Positions 52,455-61,632 of a DNA stretch of 64,000 nucleotides are shown in pieces. Source of the DNA: Dehalococcoidia bacterium (GTDB lineage: Bacteria; Chloroflexota; Dehalococcoidia; SM23-28-2; RBG-16-64-32). Every line of letters starts with the position of its first letter. Position 1 is the stretch's first letter. The notes beneath the pieces are model-generated. The model searched no databases and was not told where the DNA came from. It saw only the letters and a list, made by a program, of their open reading frames with translations. A program made the position numbers and the translations under genes. The DNA is taken from the NCBI GenBank assembly GCA_963665775.2, contig CAXXTF010000001.1, positions 96,001 to 160,000 on the forward strand, written 5' to 3'.

Positions 52455-53432
52455 ATGATGCACACGATAAGGATACTACCGCTGCTGGCCAAACGGTCCG
52501 TGCAGGAGTTCATGGACGACAACTGCAGCCAGATGGCGGCCGCCATCTCTTACTATGTCCTCTTCTCCCTCTTCCCCTTGCTGATCTTCCTGGTGGGCGT
52601 CCTCGGTCTACTCCTCACGAGCAGCAGCCTCCAGGAAGACGTCATCGATTCCGTGCTGGACGCCATCCCGCTGAGCGAGACCGAGGGTCGCAACGATGTC
52701 ACGGACGCCGTCCAGGGCGTGGCCGGAGTTAGCAGCGGGGCGCTGGGCCTCTTTGGCCTCATCGGGATGGCCTGGGCGGGAAGCAACATGTTCGGGGTAA
52801 TCCGCCGCTCGCTTAACGTGGCGTACGACCTGGAGTACAGCCGACCTTTCGTCCAGCAGAAGCTCCTTGATCTGGTAATGGTAGTCGGCCTGGGCTTCTT
52901 CTTCGTGGTCTCCATCGGCGCCACAGCCTTCCTGCGGGCGACCCGCGAGTTCAGCGACGATATCCCCTACGTGGGTGACGCCGCCGAGTGGGCCGGATTC
53001 GCCTGGGACGCCGCCTCTTTCTTCATCCCTCTGGGCCTCTCCTTCCTCGCCTTCCTGGTGCTCTACTGGATAGTGCCCGCGACCAACGTCCGGCCCAGGG
53101 ACGTATGGCCCGGCGCCCTGGTGGCAGCGCTCCTGTTCGAGATAGGTAAAGTCGGCTTCACCTTCTATATTCAGAACTTCGGCAACTATGACGTGGTCTT
53201 CGGCTCCCTGGGCGCCGTGGCCGCCTTCCTGTTCTGGATATTCTTCGGCGCCAACATCATGCTGTTCGGCGCCGAGGTGGCATCCGAGTACCCGCGAATT
53301 CTCAGGGGCGACTACGCTGAGGCCGAGGCGAAGGAGAAACCCCCGTCACGGCCGCTGCGGGAGACCGTGCGCCGCACTGTGCGCGGCCTGTTCGTCCACG
53401 ACCGTGACGAGAGCGGGCCAGACCAACGTTAG
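52455..53432 (+). CDS. YihY/BrkB family membrane protein
   Basis: AAAISYYVLFSLFP, FGSLGAV, GAEV. Confidence 0.9.
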   Translation: MMHTIRILPLLAKRSVQEFMDDNCSQMAAAISYYVLFSLFPLLIFLVGVLGLLLTSSSLQEDVIDSVLDAIPLSETEGRNDVTDAVQGVAGVSSGALGLFGLIGMAWAGSNMFGVIRRSLNVAYDLEYSRPFVQQKLLDLVMVVGLGFFFVVSIGATAFLRATREFSDDIPYVGDAAEWAGFAWDAASFFIPLGLSFLAFLVLYWIVPATNVRPRDVWPGALVAALLFEIGKVGFTFYIQNFGNYDVVFGSLGAVAAFLFWIFFGANIMLFGAEVASEYPRILRGDYAEAEAKEKPPSRPLRETVRRTVRGLFVHDRDESGPDQR

Positions 53433-53445
53433 GCGCCCCACTCTT

Positions 53446-53533
53446 GCCATTCTGAGTCCGCCCCCGGGCAGGCGAAGAATCCGCAGACCCTTAGCGGAGC
53501 TTATCCTAAGGGAAACGAAGGGCTCAGGCGGAC
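53446..53533. repeat. Degenerate composite palindromic element between convergent genes, with nested ~23-bp unit
   Basis: gccattctgag...gcgaagaatc...agacccttagcg-gag-cttatcctaagggaaacgaaggg-ctcagg. Confidence 0.6.
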
Positions 53534-53552
53534 AGACCCCACCCTGTCGACC

Positions 53553-56500
53553 CTAGCCCGCCCGGCGGACGGCCAGCGCCACCGTCTGACCATCGACCGT
53601 CTGCTCCTCGCCGTAGGCCTCCGATGGCGGCGATCCCTCGGCGATCTCCCGAGACAGGGTTTCCCGCCGGACGTAGTCGCCGTGCCGGGCCAGCACCTGC
53701 CTCAGCCTTTCGCTACCCTGGTAATAGGTCACGATGTGATCCGAGATCTCGAAGCCGGCGGCCTTACGCAAACCCTGGATGCGGTGGACCAGCTCCCGGG
53801 CCAGCCCTTCGTCGGCCAGCTCCGGGGTGATCACCGTGTCCAGGCCCACGGTGTAGCCCGCGTCATCGGAAGCCACGACCAGCCCCTCTAGCTCCGGCTC
53901 GCCCGCCGCCACGGAGAGGGCGCTGACGTTCAGCTCCTCCAGGAGCTGAGCCTCCAGCCGCCTCAACCCCTCCCCTTCCACCGGGTAGCGAGGCTTCACC
54001 ACCACGCGCGAGAGGGGCTGGCGCACCTTGATCCCCGCCCGGCTGCGGGCCGCCCGTCCCAGGCTGACGACGCGCATGATCAGCCGGGTCTCGTCCATCA
54101 AGGGCTGGTCCACCAGCGAGGAGTCAGCCCTTGGCCAGTCAGCCAGGTGGACGCTCTCCGGCGAGTCCCCGTCCGCCGAACGCACCAGGTTCTGGTACAT
54201 CTCCTCGGCGACGAAGGGGGTGAAGGGGGCCAGCAGCTTGGTCAGGGTGACCAGGCACTCATAGAGGGTCTGGTAGGCGGCCAGCTTGTCCGCGTCGGAC
54301 TCGCTCCCTTCGGCCGTGGTCAGGACAGGCTTCCAGAAGCGACGACGGCTGCGGCGGACGTACCAGTTGGAGAGGTCCTCGACGAAGGCCTGGATGGCCC
54401 GGCCGGCGTTGGTGGGCTCGTACCCGTCCAGATTATCGGTCACCTTCCCCACCAGGACGTTGAGCTCCGAGAGCAGCCAGCGGTCCAGCTCCGAGCGCTC
54501 ACCCTGGGGAGCCGCCGTGGGGTCGAAACGGTCGATGTTGGCGTAGGTGACGAAGAAGCTGTAGGTGTTCCAGAGGGTGAGCAGGAAGCGGCGCAAGGAC
54601 TCGGCCACCAGCCGGGCGGAGAAGCGGCGGGCCTCGCCCGGGCGGGTAGCGGTGTAGAGGTACCAGCGGAGGGCGTCGGCGCCGTGGGCCTCGATAACCT
54701 CCATCGGCTCCACCACGTTGCCCACGCTCTTGCTCATCTTGCGACCCTTGTCGTCCTGGATGAGGCCCAGACAGATAACGTTGCGGTAGCCGAGGTTCTC
54801 CGGCACTCGATCCGGCACCGCGGCCTGAAGGAGCACCGCCTCCGCGTGGAGGGTATAGAACCAGCCGCGGGTCTGGTCCACGGCCTCGCAGATGAAGTCG
54901 GCGGGGAAGCTGCGATCGAAGGTATCGGCGTTCTCGAAGGGGTAGTGCCACTGGGCGTAGGGCATCGCCCCGGAGTCGAACCAGGAGTCCATGACCTCCG
55001 GCAGCCGGCTCATCGTGCCGCCGCACTTCCCGCAACTGAGCTCGATACGGTCCACGTAGGGACGGTGCAGGTCAGTCAAAACATCCACCGCCGCCGGGTC
55101 CGCCGCCCGCTCGCGCATCTCCGCCCGAGAGCCGAGGCAGCTCACCTCGCCGCAGCTGCCGCAGCGCCAGATGGGCAGGGGAGTACCCCAGTAGCGCTCG
55201 CGGCTGAGGGCCCAGTCCACGTTATTGCGCAGCCAGTCGCCGAAGCGGCCGTCTTTGATGTGCTGCGGATACCAGTTGATGCGCTCGTTGCCCTGGTTGA
55301 GGCTCTCCTTGACGGCGGTGGTGCGGATGTACCAGGTGGGCTTAGCGTAGTAGAGGAGGGGCGTATTGCAGCGCCAGCAGAAGGGGTAGGTGTGGCGGAC
55401 GGTCTCCCGGCGCAGGAGGAGGCCCCGCTGCTCCAGGTCGGTCAGGATGGGTTCGTCCGCCTCCTTTACGAACAGGCCAGCGAAGGGCCCGCCCGTCATC
55501 TCGCCCTTGAGGTCCACCGGCTGCACGAACAGTAGCTCCTCCGCCCGGCCGAGCTCGAAGTCCTCGGCGCCGAAGGCGGGGGCGATGTGGACGACGCCGG
55601 TGCCATCGCTGAGCGATACGAAGTCGGCGGCCACGACGCGGCGGACCGCTCCATCCGGCCAGACGTCTGGATCTCCGGCGAGATCTCTGATCAGGACGGC
55701 CTCCAGGTGCGACTCTTTTGCTCCGACGTCCGTCAAGGGTTGACGCGTAAACTGGCGAGCGGTGACGCCCCAACCCCTTTCGGGTTCGTACAGTGGCTCG
55801 TAGCGCAGGCCCGCGAGCTCCTCTCCGGTAAGGGTAGCGATCACCGTGTAGCCTTCGTCCAGGGCCGCGCCCAGGAGGGGCGAGCCCAGGATCAACCCCT
55901 CGCCGTCCACCTCGGCCACGGCGTACTCGGCGTAGCGCTGGACGGCCAGCGCGGTGTTGCCGGGGAGCGTCCAGGGGGTTGTCGTCCAGGCCACGAGGGA
56001 GAGGGGCAGGCCCCGCCCTGAGCCTGTCGAAGGGTCACCCGACACCTTCTCCGTCAGCTGGCGGCGGGAGTCCTCCGTAAGGCGGAACTTGACGTAGACG
56101 GAGGGGTCCGGGGTGTTCTCCTGGTAGCCTTGGGCAACCTCGCCGTCCGAGAGGGAGGTGCCGCAGCGAGGGCAGTGGGGCGTCACGCGGTAGTCCTGGT
56201 AGAGGAGCTCCTTCTCCCAGAGCTGCTTGACGATCCACCAGACGCTCTCGATATACTCGTTGTCGTAGGTGATGTAGGGGTGCTCCATGTCCAGCCAGAA
56301 GCCGATGCGCTCGGTCAGCGCCTCCCACTCCTTCACGTAGCGGAAGACGCTCTCCCGGCAGCGACGGTTGAACTCCTCGATGCCGAACTCCTCGATCTCG
56401 GCCTTGCTCTTGAGGCCCAGCTCCCGCTCCACCTCCAGCTCCACCGGCAAGCCGTGGGTATCCCAGCCAGCCTTGCGGGGCACGCGCCGCCCGCGCATCG

Positions 56501-56717
56501 TCTGGTAGCGGGGGAACAGGTCCTTGAACACGCGGGCGAGGACGTGGTGCACGCCGGGCCGGGCGTTGGCGGTCGGCGGGCCCTCGTAGAAGACGTATGG
56601 GTTATCCTCCGGCCGCTCCTCGATGCTGCGGCGGAAGATGTCGTGCTCCTTCCAGAAGCGGAGGATGCGCTGCTCCAGCTCCGGGAAGCTCGCCCTGCTA
56701 TCGACCGGTTTGAACAT
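53553..56717 (-). CDS. ileS: Isoleucyl-tRNA synthetase, type 2, GxHH variant
   Basis: EGPPTANARPGVHH, WTTTPWTLP, DW.LSR.RYWGTP, KMSKS. Confidence 0.97.
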   Translation of the reverse strand: MFKPVDSRASFPELEQRILRFWKEHDIFRRSIEERPEDNPYVFYEGPPTANARPGVHHVLARVFKDLFPRYQTMRGRRVPRKAGWDTHGLPVELEVERELGLKSKAEIEEFGIEEFNRRCRESVFRYVKEWEALTERIGFWLDMEHPYITYDNEYIESVWWIVKQLWEKELLYQDYRVTPHCPRCGTSLSDGEVAQGYQENTPDPSVYVKFRLTEDSRRQLTEKVSGDPSTGSGRGLPLSLVAWTTTPWTLPGNTALAVQRYAEYAVAEVDGEGLILGSPLLGAALDEGYTVIATLTGEELAGLRYEPLYEPERGWGVTARQFTRQPLTDVGAKESHLEAVLIRDLAGDPDVWPDGAVRRVVAADFVSLSDGTGVVHIAPAFGAEDFELGRAEELLFVQPVDLKGEMTGGPFAGLFVKEADEPILTDLEQRGLLLRRETVRHTYPFCWRCNTPLLYYAKPTWYIRTTAVKESLNQGNERINWYPQHIKDGRFGDWLRNNVDWALSRERYWGTPLPIWRCGSCGEVSCLGSRAEMRERAADPAAVDVLTDLHRPYVDRIELSCGKCGGTMSRLPEVMDSWFDSGAMPYAQWHYPFENADTFDRSFPADFICEAVDQTRGWFYTLHAEAVLLQAAVPDRVPENLGYRNVICLGLIQDDKGRKMSKSVGNVVEPMEVIEAHGADALRWYLYTATRPGEARRFSARLVAESLRRFLLTLWNTYSFFVTYANIDRFDPTAAPQGERSELDRWLLSELNVLVGKVTDNLDGYEPTNAGRAIQAFVEDLSNWYVRRSRRRFWKPVLTTAEGSESDADKLAAYQTLYECLVTLTKLLAPFTPFVAEEMYQNLVRSADGDSPESVHLADWPRADSSLVDQPLMDETRLIMRVVSLGRAARSRAGIKVRQPLSRVVVKPRYPVEGEGLRRLEAQLLEELNVSALSVAAGEPELEGLVVASDDAGYTVGLDTVITPELADEGLARELVHRIQGLRKAAGFEISDHIVTYYQGSERLRQVLARHGDYVRRETLSREIAEGSPPSEAYGEEQTVDGQTVALAVRRAG
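54306..54329 (-). repeat. In-frame 24-bp repeat inside ileS (PVLTTAEG)
   Basis: CCTGTCCTGACCACGGCCGAAGGG interrupting RRRFWK|SESDADK. Confidence 0.75.
56012..56034 (+). repeat. Repeat in opposite orientation inside ileS (PSTGSGR)
   Basis: CCCGCCCTGAGCCTGTCGAAGGG. Confidence 0.75.
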
Positions 56718-56722
56718 GGCTC

Positions 56723-57112
56723 CTAACCTTCCGCCTGGCAATCGGCGACTGTGACTTCCATCCCAATCATGTCGGAATCGTGCTCGGCTCTCTTTTCAGC
56801 GATGAAGCGGAAGATCCAGTGATCATCTGCGTTCCATCGCACTTGGTGGCCCGTTCGCGCTGGCTTGAACAAAACACTACCAATAGCGTCTATGGCTGGC
56901 TTCAGTAGATTGTCTAGGTCAGTGACTTCCGCCTTGTCCGGCGGCAGTCGGAAGATAAGGGTCACCTCACATGGGCTCTCTATATGCGGTCTGCCATGCC
57001 AAGCGAGTTCCATTTGCTCAGCGACGCTCTCTTTCCATTGCTTCTCGCGCGAAGTTGCAAAGGGAGTCGCGAGACCCTTTAGGAAAACTGGCCCCACATG
57101 AACTGTGCCCAT
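56723..57112 (-). CDS. RusA-family Holliday-junction resolvase-like protein
   Basis: EVTLIFRLP...DLDNLLKPAIDAI...DD; SD AGGAGGAG; visibly lower GC. Confidence 0.8.
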   Translation of the reverse strand: MGTVHVGPVFLKGLATPFATSREKQWKESVAEQMELAWHGRPHIESPCEVTLIFRLPPDKAEVTDLDNLLKPAIDAIGSVLFKPARTGHQVRWNADDHWIFRFIAEKRAEHDSDMIGMEVTVADCQAEG

Positions 57113-57131
57113 ATTCGTTCTCCTCCTGCAA

Positions 57132-57443
57132 CCAAAATAGCCCGTCCCCTGAGGGACGGGCCGGATCTTTTACCCGCGGTACCACCCTGGTTCCCCGATG
57201 CGCATCGGGGCTCTCTTTGCGGGGCACGCCCGTACGGGTTATACCCCTGCCTTCGCTAACGGCGGCTTCCGGCCGAGCCTACTCGCCCCGGCGACCATAA
57301 GTGGCCACACGCGATGGGGGACTTTCGGTCGGCGGCTCGGGAGGGATTTTCAAGCGGAGGTGCCGTGTCCCCTCACACCGATCGGGACTCGCTGGCCGGC
57401 CCGGCCCGCCCTAGTCGTCTCCGTCAAAGCCTTTATGGTATAT
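57132..57443 (-). promoter_or_regulatory. T-box riboswitch, Ile (AUC) specifier, with intrinsic terminator
   Basis: Specifier GAAA-ATC (57345-47); AACCAGGGTGGTACCGCG T-box; terminator GCCCGTCCC-tcag-GGGACGGGC-TATTTT; promoter TTGACA-N17-TAAACT (57478-57450). Confidence 0.92.
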
Positions 57444-57538
57444 GTAATCAGTTTATGGAGTGGCATAGGCAGTGTCAAACCTTTTGACCCGCCTGACCCC
57501 CGCGCCCTATACTGAAGCCGAGTGGAGGTATCTTGACC

Positions 57539-58426
57539 ATGGCCGCAGAAAAAGGGTCCCATCTCCTCAAGAAGGGCCTCGCCCAGATGCTGAAGGGCGG
57601 CGTCATCATGGACGTCGTCACGCCGGAGCAGGCCCACATCGCCGAATCCGCCGGCGCCTGCGCCGTCATGGCCTTGGAACGGGTCCCTGCCGATATCCGC
57701 GCCGCCGGCGGCGTCGCCCGCATGGCCGAGCCCGAGGTCATCCTCCGCATCATGGATACCGTCAGCATCCCGGTCATGGCCAAATGCCGCATCGGCCACT
57801 TTGTGGAGGCCCAGATCCTGCAATCCATCGGCGTCGACTTCATCGATGAGTCCGAGGTGCTAACGCCCGCCGACGAGTCCCACCACATCGATAAGTGGCC
57901 CTTCAAGGTGCCCTTCGTCTGCGGCTGCCGCGATCTGGGCGAGGCGCTCCGCCGTATCGGCGAGGGCGCCGCCATGATCCGCACCAAGGGCGAGGCCGGC
58001 ACCGGCGACATCGTCGAGGCCGTCCGCCACATGCGCTCCGTAATGGGCAACATCCGCAAGCTCCAGACCATGCCCGAAGATGAGCTGATGGCCGAGGCCA
58101 GGGCGCTGGGCACCCCCTACGAGCTGCTGAAGGAGACCCGCGAGGGTGGCCGCCTGCCCGTGGTTAACTTCGCCGCCGGCGGCGTGGCCACGCCGGCCGA
58201 TGCCGCCCTCATGATGCAGTTGGGCGCCGACGGCGTCTTCGTGGGCTCCGGCATCTTCAAGTCGGAGGACCCCGATCGGCGGGCTGCCGCCGTCGTCAAG
58301 GCCGTCACGCACTACAACGACCCCGCGATACTGGCCGAGGTCTCCCGCGGTCTCGGCGAGCCGATGCGCGGCCTAGACGTGCAGGCTCTGAACCCAGAGG
58401 AGCGGCTGGCCACGCGAGGGTGGTAG
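57539..58426 (+). CDS. pdxS: PLP synthase subunit PdxS
   Basis: [35 protein letters not shown]. Confidence 0.97.
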   Translation: MAAEKGSHLLKKGLAQMLKGGVIMDVVTPEQAHIAESAGACAVMALERVPADIRAAGGVARMAEPEVILRIMDTVSIPVMAKCRIGHFVEAQILQSIGVDFIDESEVLTPADESHHIDKWPFKVPFVCGCRDLGEALRRIGEGAAMIRTKGEAGTGDIVEAVRHMRSVMGNIRKLQTMPEDELMAEARALGTPYELLKETREGGRLPVVNFAAGGVATPADAALMMQLGADGVFVGSGIFKSEDPDRRAAAVVKAVTHYNDPAILAEVSRGLGEPMRGLDVQALNPEERLATRGW

Positions 58427-58433
58427 GGAGAAC

Positions 58434-58488
58434 AGCCGCAGGTGACCGCCGGTTAAGCACAGATTCAATCTGTGTCCCATCTGTGGCT
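58434..58488. repeat. CACAGAT/ATCTGTG-type palindromic element, may act as pdxS terminator
   Basis: agccgcaggtg...cacagat-tca-atctgtg...catctgtggct, then T-rich tract. Confidence 0.55.
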
Positions 58489-58541
58489 TTTACTTTCTCC
58501 GGCCACATCCTTTCCCCATCCTGCTACAATAGCTTCGGGAT

Positions 58542-59162
58542 ATGACCACTATCGGTGTACTCGCCCTTCAGGGCGATTTTCTGGAGCACGAAGCGGTGCT
58601 GCGCTGCCTGGACGTAGACGCGGTTCAAGTGCGCACGAGCGAGACTATGCGCGATCTGGACGGCCTCGTCGTACCAGGCGGTGAGAGCACGACGCTCTGT
58701 CGTCTCATGGCGGAGTACCAGCTCTACGAGCCGCTGCGGGGACTCCTGCGCTCCGGGCTGCCCACCTGGGGCACCTGCGCCGGTATGATCTTGCTCGCCC
58801 AGCGCGTCAAGGACTTGGACTTTCCCACCCTGGATGCCCTCGATGTCACCGTACAGCGTAACGCCTACGGCCGGCAGGTGGACAGCTTCGAGGCCGATCT
58901 CAGCGTCCCCATCCTGGGCGAGCTACCCTTCCCAGCCGTCTTCATCCGCGCCCCCGTCGTCACGGACGTCGGCGCCGGCATCGAAGTCCTGGCTCGACTC
59001 CCAACGCCGGACGGCGGCAGCGAGGAGGGCTCGCCGGTGGCGGTGCGTCAGGGGAGCGTCCTGGCCACCTCCTTCCACCCGGAGCTTACGGAGGACAGCC
59101 GCCTTCATCGCTACTTTCTCGGCATCGTCGAAGCCGCCAAAAGGCGAAACAGCACCAAATGA
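58542..59162 (+). CDS. pdxT: PLP synthase glutaminase PdxT
   Basis: GVLALQG, PGGEST, GTCAGMI, FHPEL. Confidence 0.96.
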   Translation: MTTIGVLALQGDFLEHEAVLRCLDVDAVQVRTSETMRDLDGLVVPGGESTTLCRLMAEYQLYEPLRGLLRSGLPTWGTCAGMILLAQRVKDLDFPTLDALDVTVQRNAYGRQVDSFEADLSVPILGELPFPAVFIRAPVVTDVGAGIEVLARLPTPDGGSEEGSPVAVRQGSVLATSFHPELTEDSRLHRYFLGIVEAAKRRNSTK

Positions 59163-60097
59163 GCGAGGCGAGAACCGTCCTTCCCACCGATCTGGTGGCC
59201 CTGATGTCCTACGATGGGCGTGTATTCCCGAACGAGGCCAAGAGCTGGGACCGCCTGAACCCGGACGGCGGCCGCAGTGGGCCCCACCCACTGGAGACCG
59301 CCATCGAGCAGTGGTTCTCCTTCGCTACCGGTAAACACACCTGGGTCAGCGTCCGTGGTGCCACCATCCGGGGCCTCGTCTCGGCTCGCCGCCGCAGCAA
59401 GCGCTCCGCCTGGGAGGTGGATTGCCTCATCGACGCCGACGAGGATAAGGGCGTTACCCTCGCCCTGCTGGGCCGTATGGCTGCCGGGCTAACCAAGCTG
59501 GGGGCCGAGCGCGTGTTCCTCCGCCTCGACGCCGACAGCCCGCTTGTGGATGTGGTGCGCAGGGCCGGGTTCTTCGCCTACTCCGACGAGACCCTATACG
59601 GCGCCGATGACGTGGCCCCTACGCAGGCTCCGGAAATCTCCCTGCGGGCCCGGACGAAGGGCGACGCCTACGGCCTCTTCCAGCTCTATAGCCGGACCAT
59701 GCCCGCCAACATCCGGGCCATCGAAGGGGCCACACTGCGCGAATGGCAAGCGGCCCTAGAGCCCTGGGGCGGCCGCCCCAAAGATCTCCTCCTGGAAGAG
59801 AATGACATCATCGCTGCCTGGCTCCGCATCCTCCCCGGTCAGCGCGGCCGCTTCTCACTCCTAGCCCACACGGAGCGCACCTGTCTGGAGGCGATGATCC
59901 AGGTCGCCCTGGCCCGCCTGGCCGACAGCCGTTCCCTACAGTGCCTGGTTCCCTCCTGTGACCCGGCCCTGGCCCAATCTCTGGAGCAGGCCGGCTTTAC
60001 CCCCGCCGGGGGATACGTTGGCCTGGCCAAGCGCCTGCTCAAGACCAATGAACGGCTGACCCCAGAAAATGTGGGCACTGCGGTGCCTATAAGTTAG
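59159..60097 (+). CDS. Hypothetical protein, probable tandem GNAT-like fold
   Basis: Coupled to pdxT; two repeats each ending in xAGF. Confidence 0.55.
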   Translation: MSEARTVLPTDLVALMSYDGRVFPNEAKSWDRLNPDGGRSGPHPLETAIEQWFSFATGKHTWVSVRGATIRGLVSARRRSKRSAWEVDCLIDADEDKGVTLALLGRMAAGLTKLGAERVFLRLDADSPLVDVVRRAGFFAYSDETLYGADDVAPTQAPEISLRARTKGDAYGLFQLYSRTMPANIRAIEGATLREWQAALEPWGGRPKDLLLEENDIIAAWLRILPGQRGRFSLLAHTERTCLEAMIQVALARLADSRSLQCLVPSCDPALAQSLEQAGFTPAGGYVGLAKRLLKTNERLTPENVGTAVPIS

Positions 60098-60099
60098 CC

Positions 60100-61629
60100 A
60101 TGCTCAGGATCACCGACGACCTCGACACTCTCATCAACATCCTGCCGATACGGGTCGCCGGCGCCTTGCGAGACCGGCATAACAACTTCGAGCTGCTGGA
60201 GGTGGTGCTTGACCTGGGCCGCTTGCCCCAGGCCCGCTACCCCGGCGAAGAAGCGATCCTCAGTGAGGCCGAAGTGTCCCAGGACGATATCGACCACGTA
60301 CTGCCGCGCGTCGGGGAGTTCACCTCGGACAACCGGGCCGGGATCGAGCGCACCCTGCACCGCATCTCCTGTATACGTAACCGCAAGGGGCACATCGTCG
60401 GCCTTACCTGCCGCGTCGGCCGCGCCGTGTTCGGCACCATCCGCATCATCGAGGATCTGGTGCAGGGGGGAAAGAGCGTTCTCCTTCTGGGACGCCCCGG
60501 TGTGGGCAAGACCACCATGCTGCGCGAGGTGGCCCGTTTCCTGGCTGACGACCTCAATAAGCGCGTCATCGTGGTAGACACCTCCAATGAGATCGCCGGC
60601 GATGGGGATATCCCTCACGACGGCATCGGCAGCGCCCGGCGTATGCAGGTGCCAGCGCCAAACCTGCAACACCAGGTGATGATAGAGGCGGTGGAGAACC
60701 ACATGCCGGAGGTCATCATCATCGACGAGATCGGCACCGACCTGGAGGCCGCCGCCGCCCGCACCATCGCCGAAAGGGGTGTCCAGCTCATCGCCACGGC
60801 TCACGGGAACAGCTTGGCCAACCTCATCATGAACCCCACCCTCTCTGACCTGGTGGGCGGAATCCAGTCGGTCACCCTGGGCGACGAAGAGGCCCGCCGT
60901 CGCGGCAGCCAGAAGGCGATCCTGGAGCGCCGCGCCCCGCCCACCTTCGAGATCCTGGTGGAGATCCAGTCCTTCAACACCGTCGCCGTCCACGGCGATG
61001 TGGCGGAGGTGGTGGACGCCGTCTTGCGCGGCTACGACATTCCCGCCCAGAGACGCGAGCTGGACGCGGAAGGGAACATCCGTGAGGCCCAGGCACCCAG
61101 CGGTAGCCGGCGGGCCCTGGAGGGGCCCCGAGCCGATGTCACCCCGGTCACCATCGCCGCGGCCGGCCGCGAGCGCCAGATATACCCCTTTGGCATCTCC
61201 CGACAGCGGCTGGGCCAGGCCCTACGGCAAACGGACTTCCCCGGCCACACGGTTGACGAGATGGAGGACGCCGACGCCGTAATCACCCTTCGCTCCTATT
61301 ACCGTCGCAAGCCCCAGACACTGCACGATGCGGAGACTCGCGGCATCCCCATCTACGTCATCAAGAACAACACCATCTTTCAGCTGGAGCATTGCCTCCT
61401 ATCGATGCGCACGGAGAAGGGCGGCGATCCTGTCGTGGCCGCCCTGCGCGAAGCCGAGGAAGCCATCAGTCAGGTGCTGGGCGCCCAGGGTAGCGCAGAC
61501 CTTACCCCCCAAAACCCCTACATCCGCCGTCTACAGCATATGCTGGCTCAGCGCTACAGCCTGTCGTCCCACAGCCTGGGCAGAGAGCCCTTCCGCCACG
61601 TTCGCATCCTGCCCAGAGAGCCAGGCTAG
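60100..61629 (+). CDS. SpoIIIAA/Ycf45-like AAA ATPase with R3H domain
   Basis: GRPGVGKTT, VDTSNEI, IIDEIG, IRRLQH. Confidence 0.9.
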   Translation: MLRITDDLDTLINILPIRVAGALRDRHNNFELLEVVLDLGRLPQARYPGEEAILSEAEVSQDDIDHVLPRVGEFTSDNRAGIERTLHRISCIRNRKGHIVGLTCRVGRAVFGTIRIIEDLVQGGKSVLLLGRPGVGKTTMLREVARFLADDLNKRVIVVDTSNEIAGDGDIPHDGIGSARRMQVPAPNLQHQVMIEAVENHMPEVIIIDEIGTDLEAAAARTIAERGVQLIATAHGNSLANLIMNPTLSDLVGGIQSVTLGDEEARRRGSQKAILERRAPPTFEILVEIQSFNTVAVHGDVAEVVDAVLRGYDIPAQRRELDAEGNIREAQAPSGSRRALEGPRADVTPVTIAAAGRERQIYPFGISRQRLGQALRQTDFPGHTVDEMEDADAVITLRSYYRRKPQTLHDAETRGIPIYVIKNNTIFQLEHCLLSMRTEKGGDPVVAALREAEEAISQVLGAQGSADLTPQNPYIRRLQHMLAQRYSLSSHSLGREPFRHVRILPREPG

Positions 61630-61632
61630 ACG

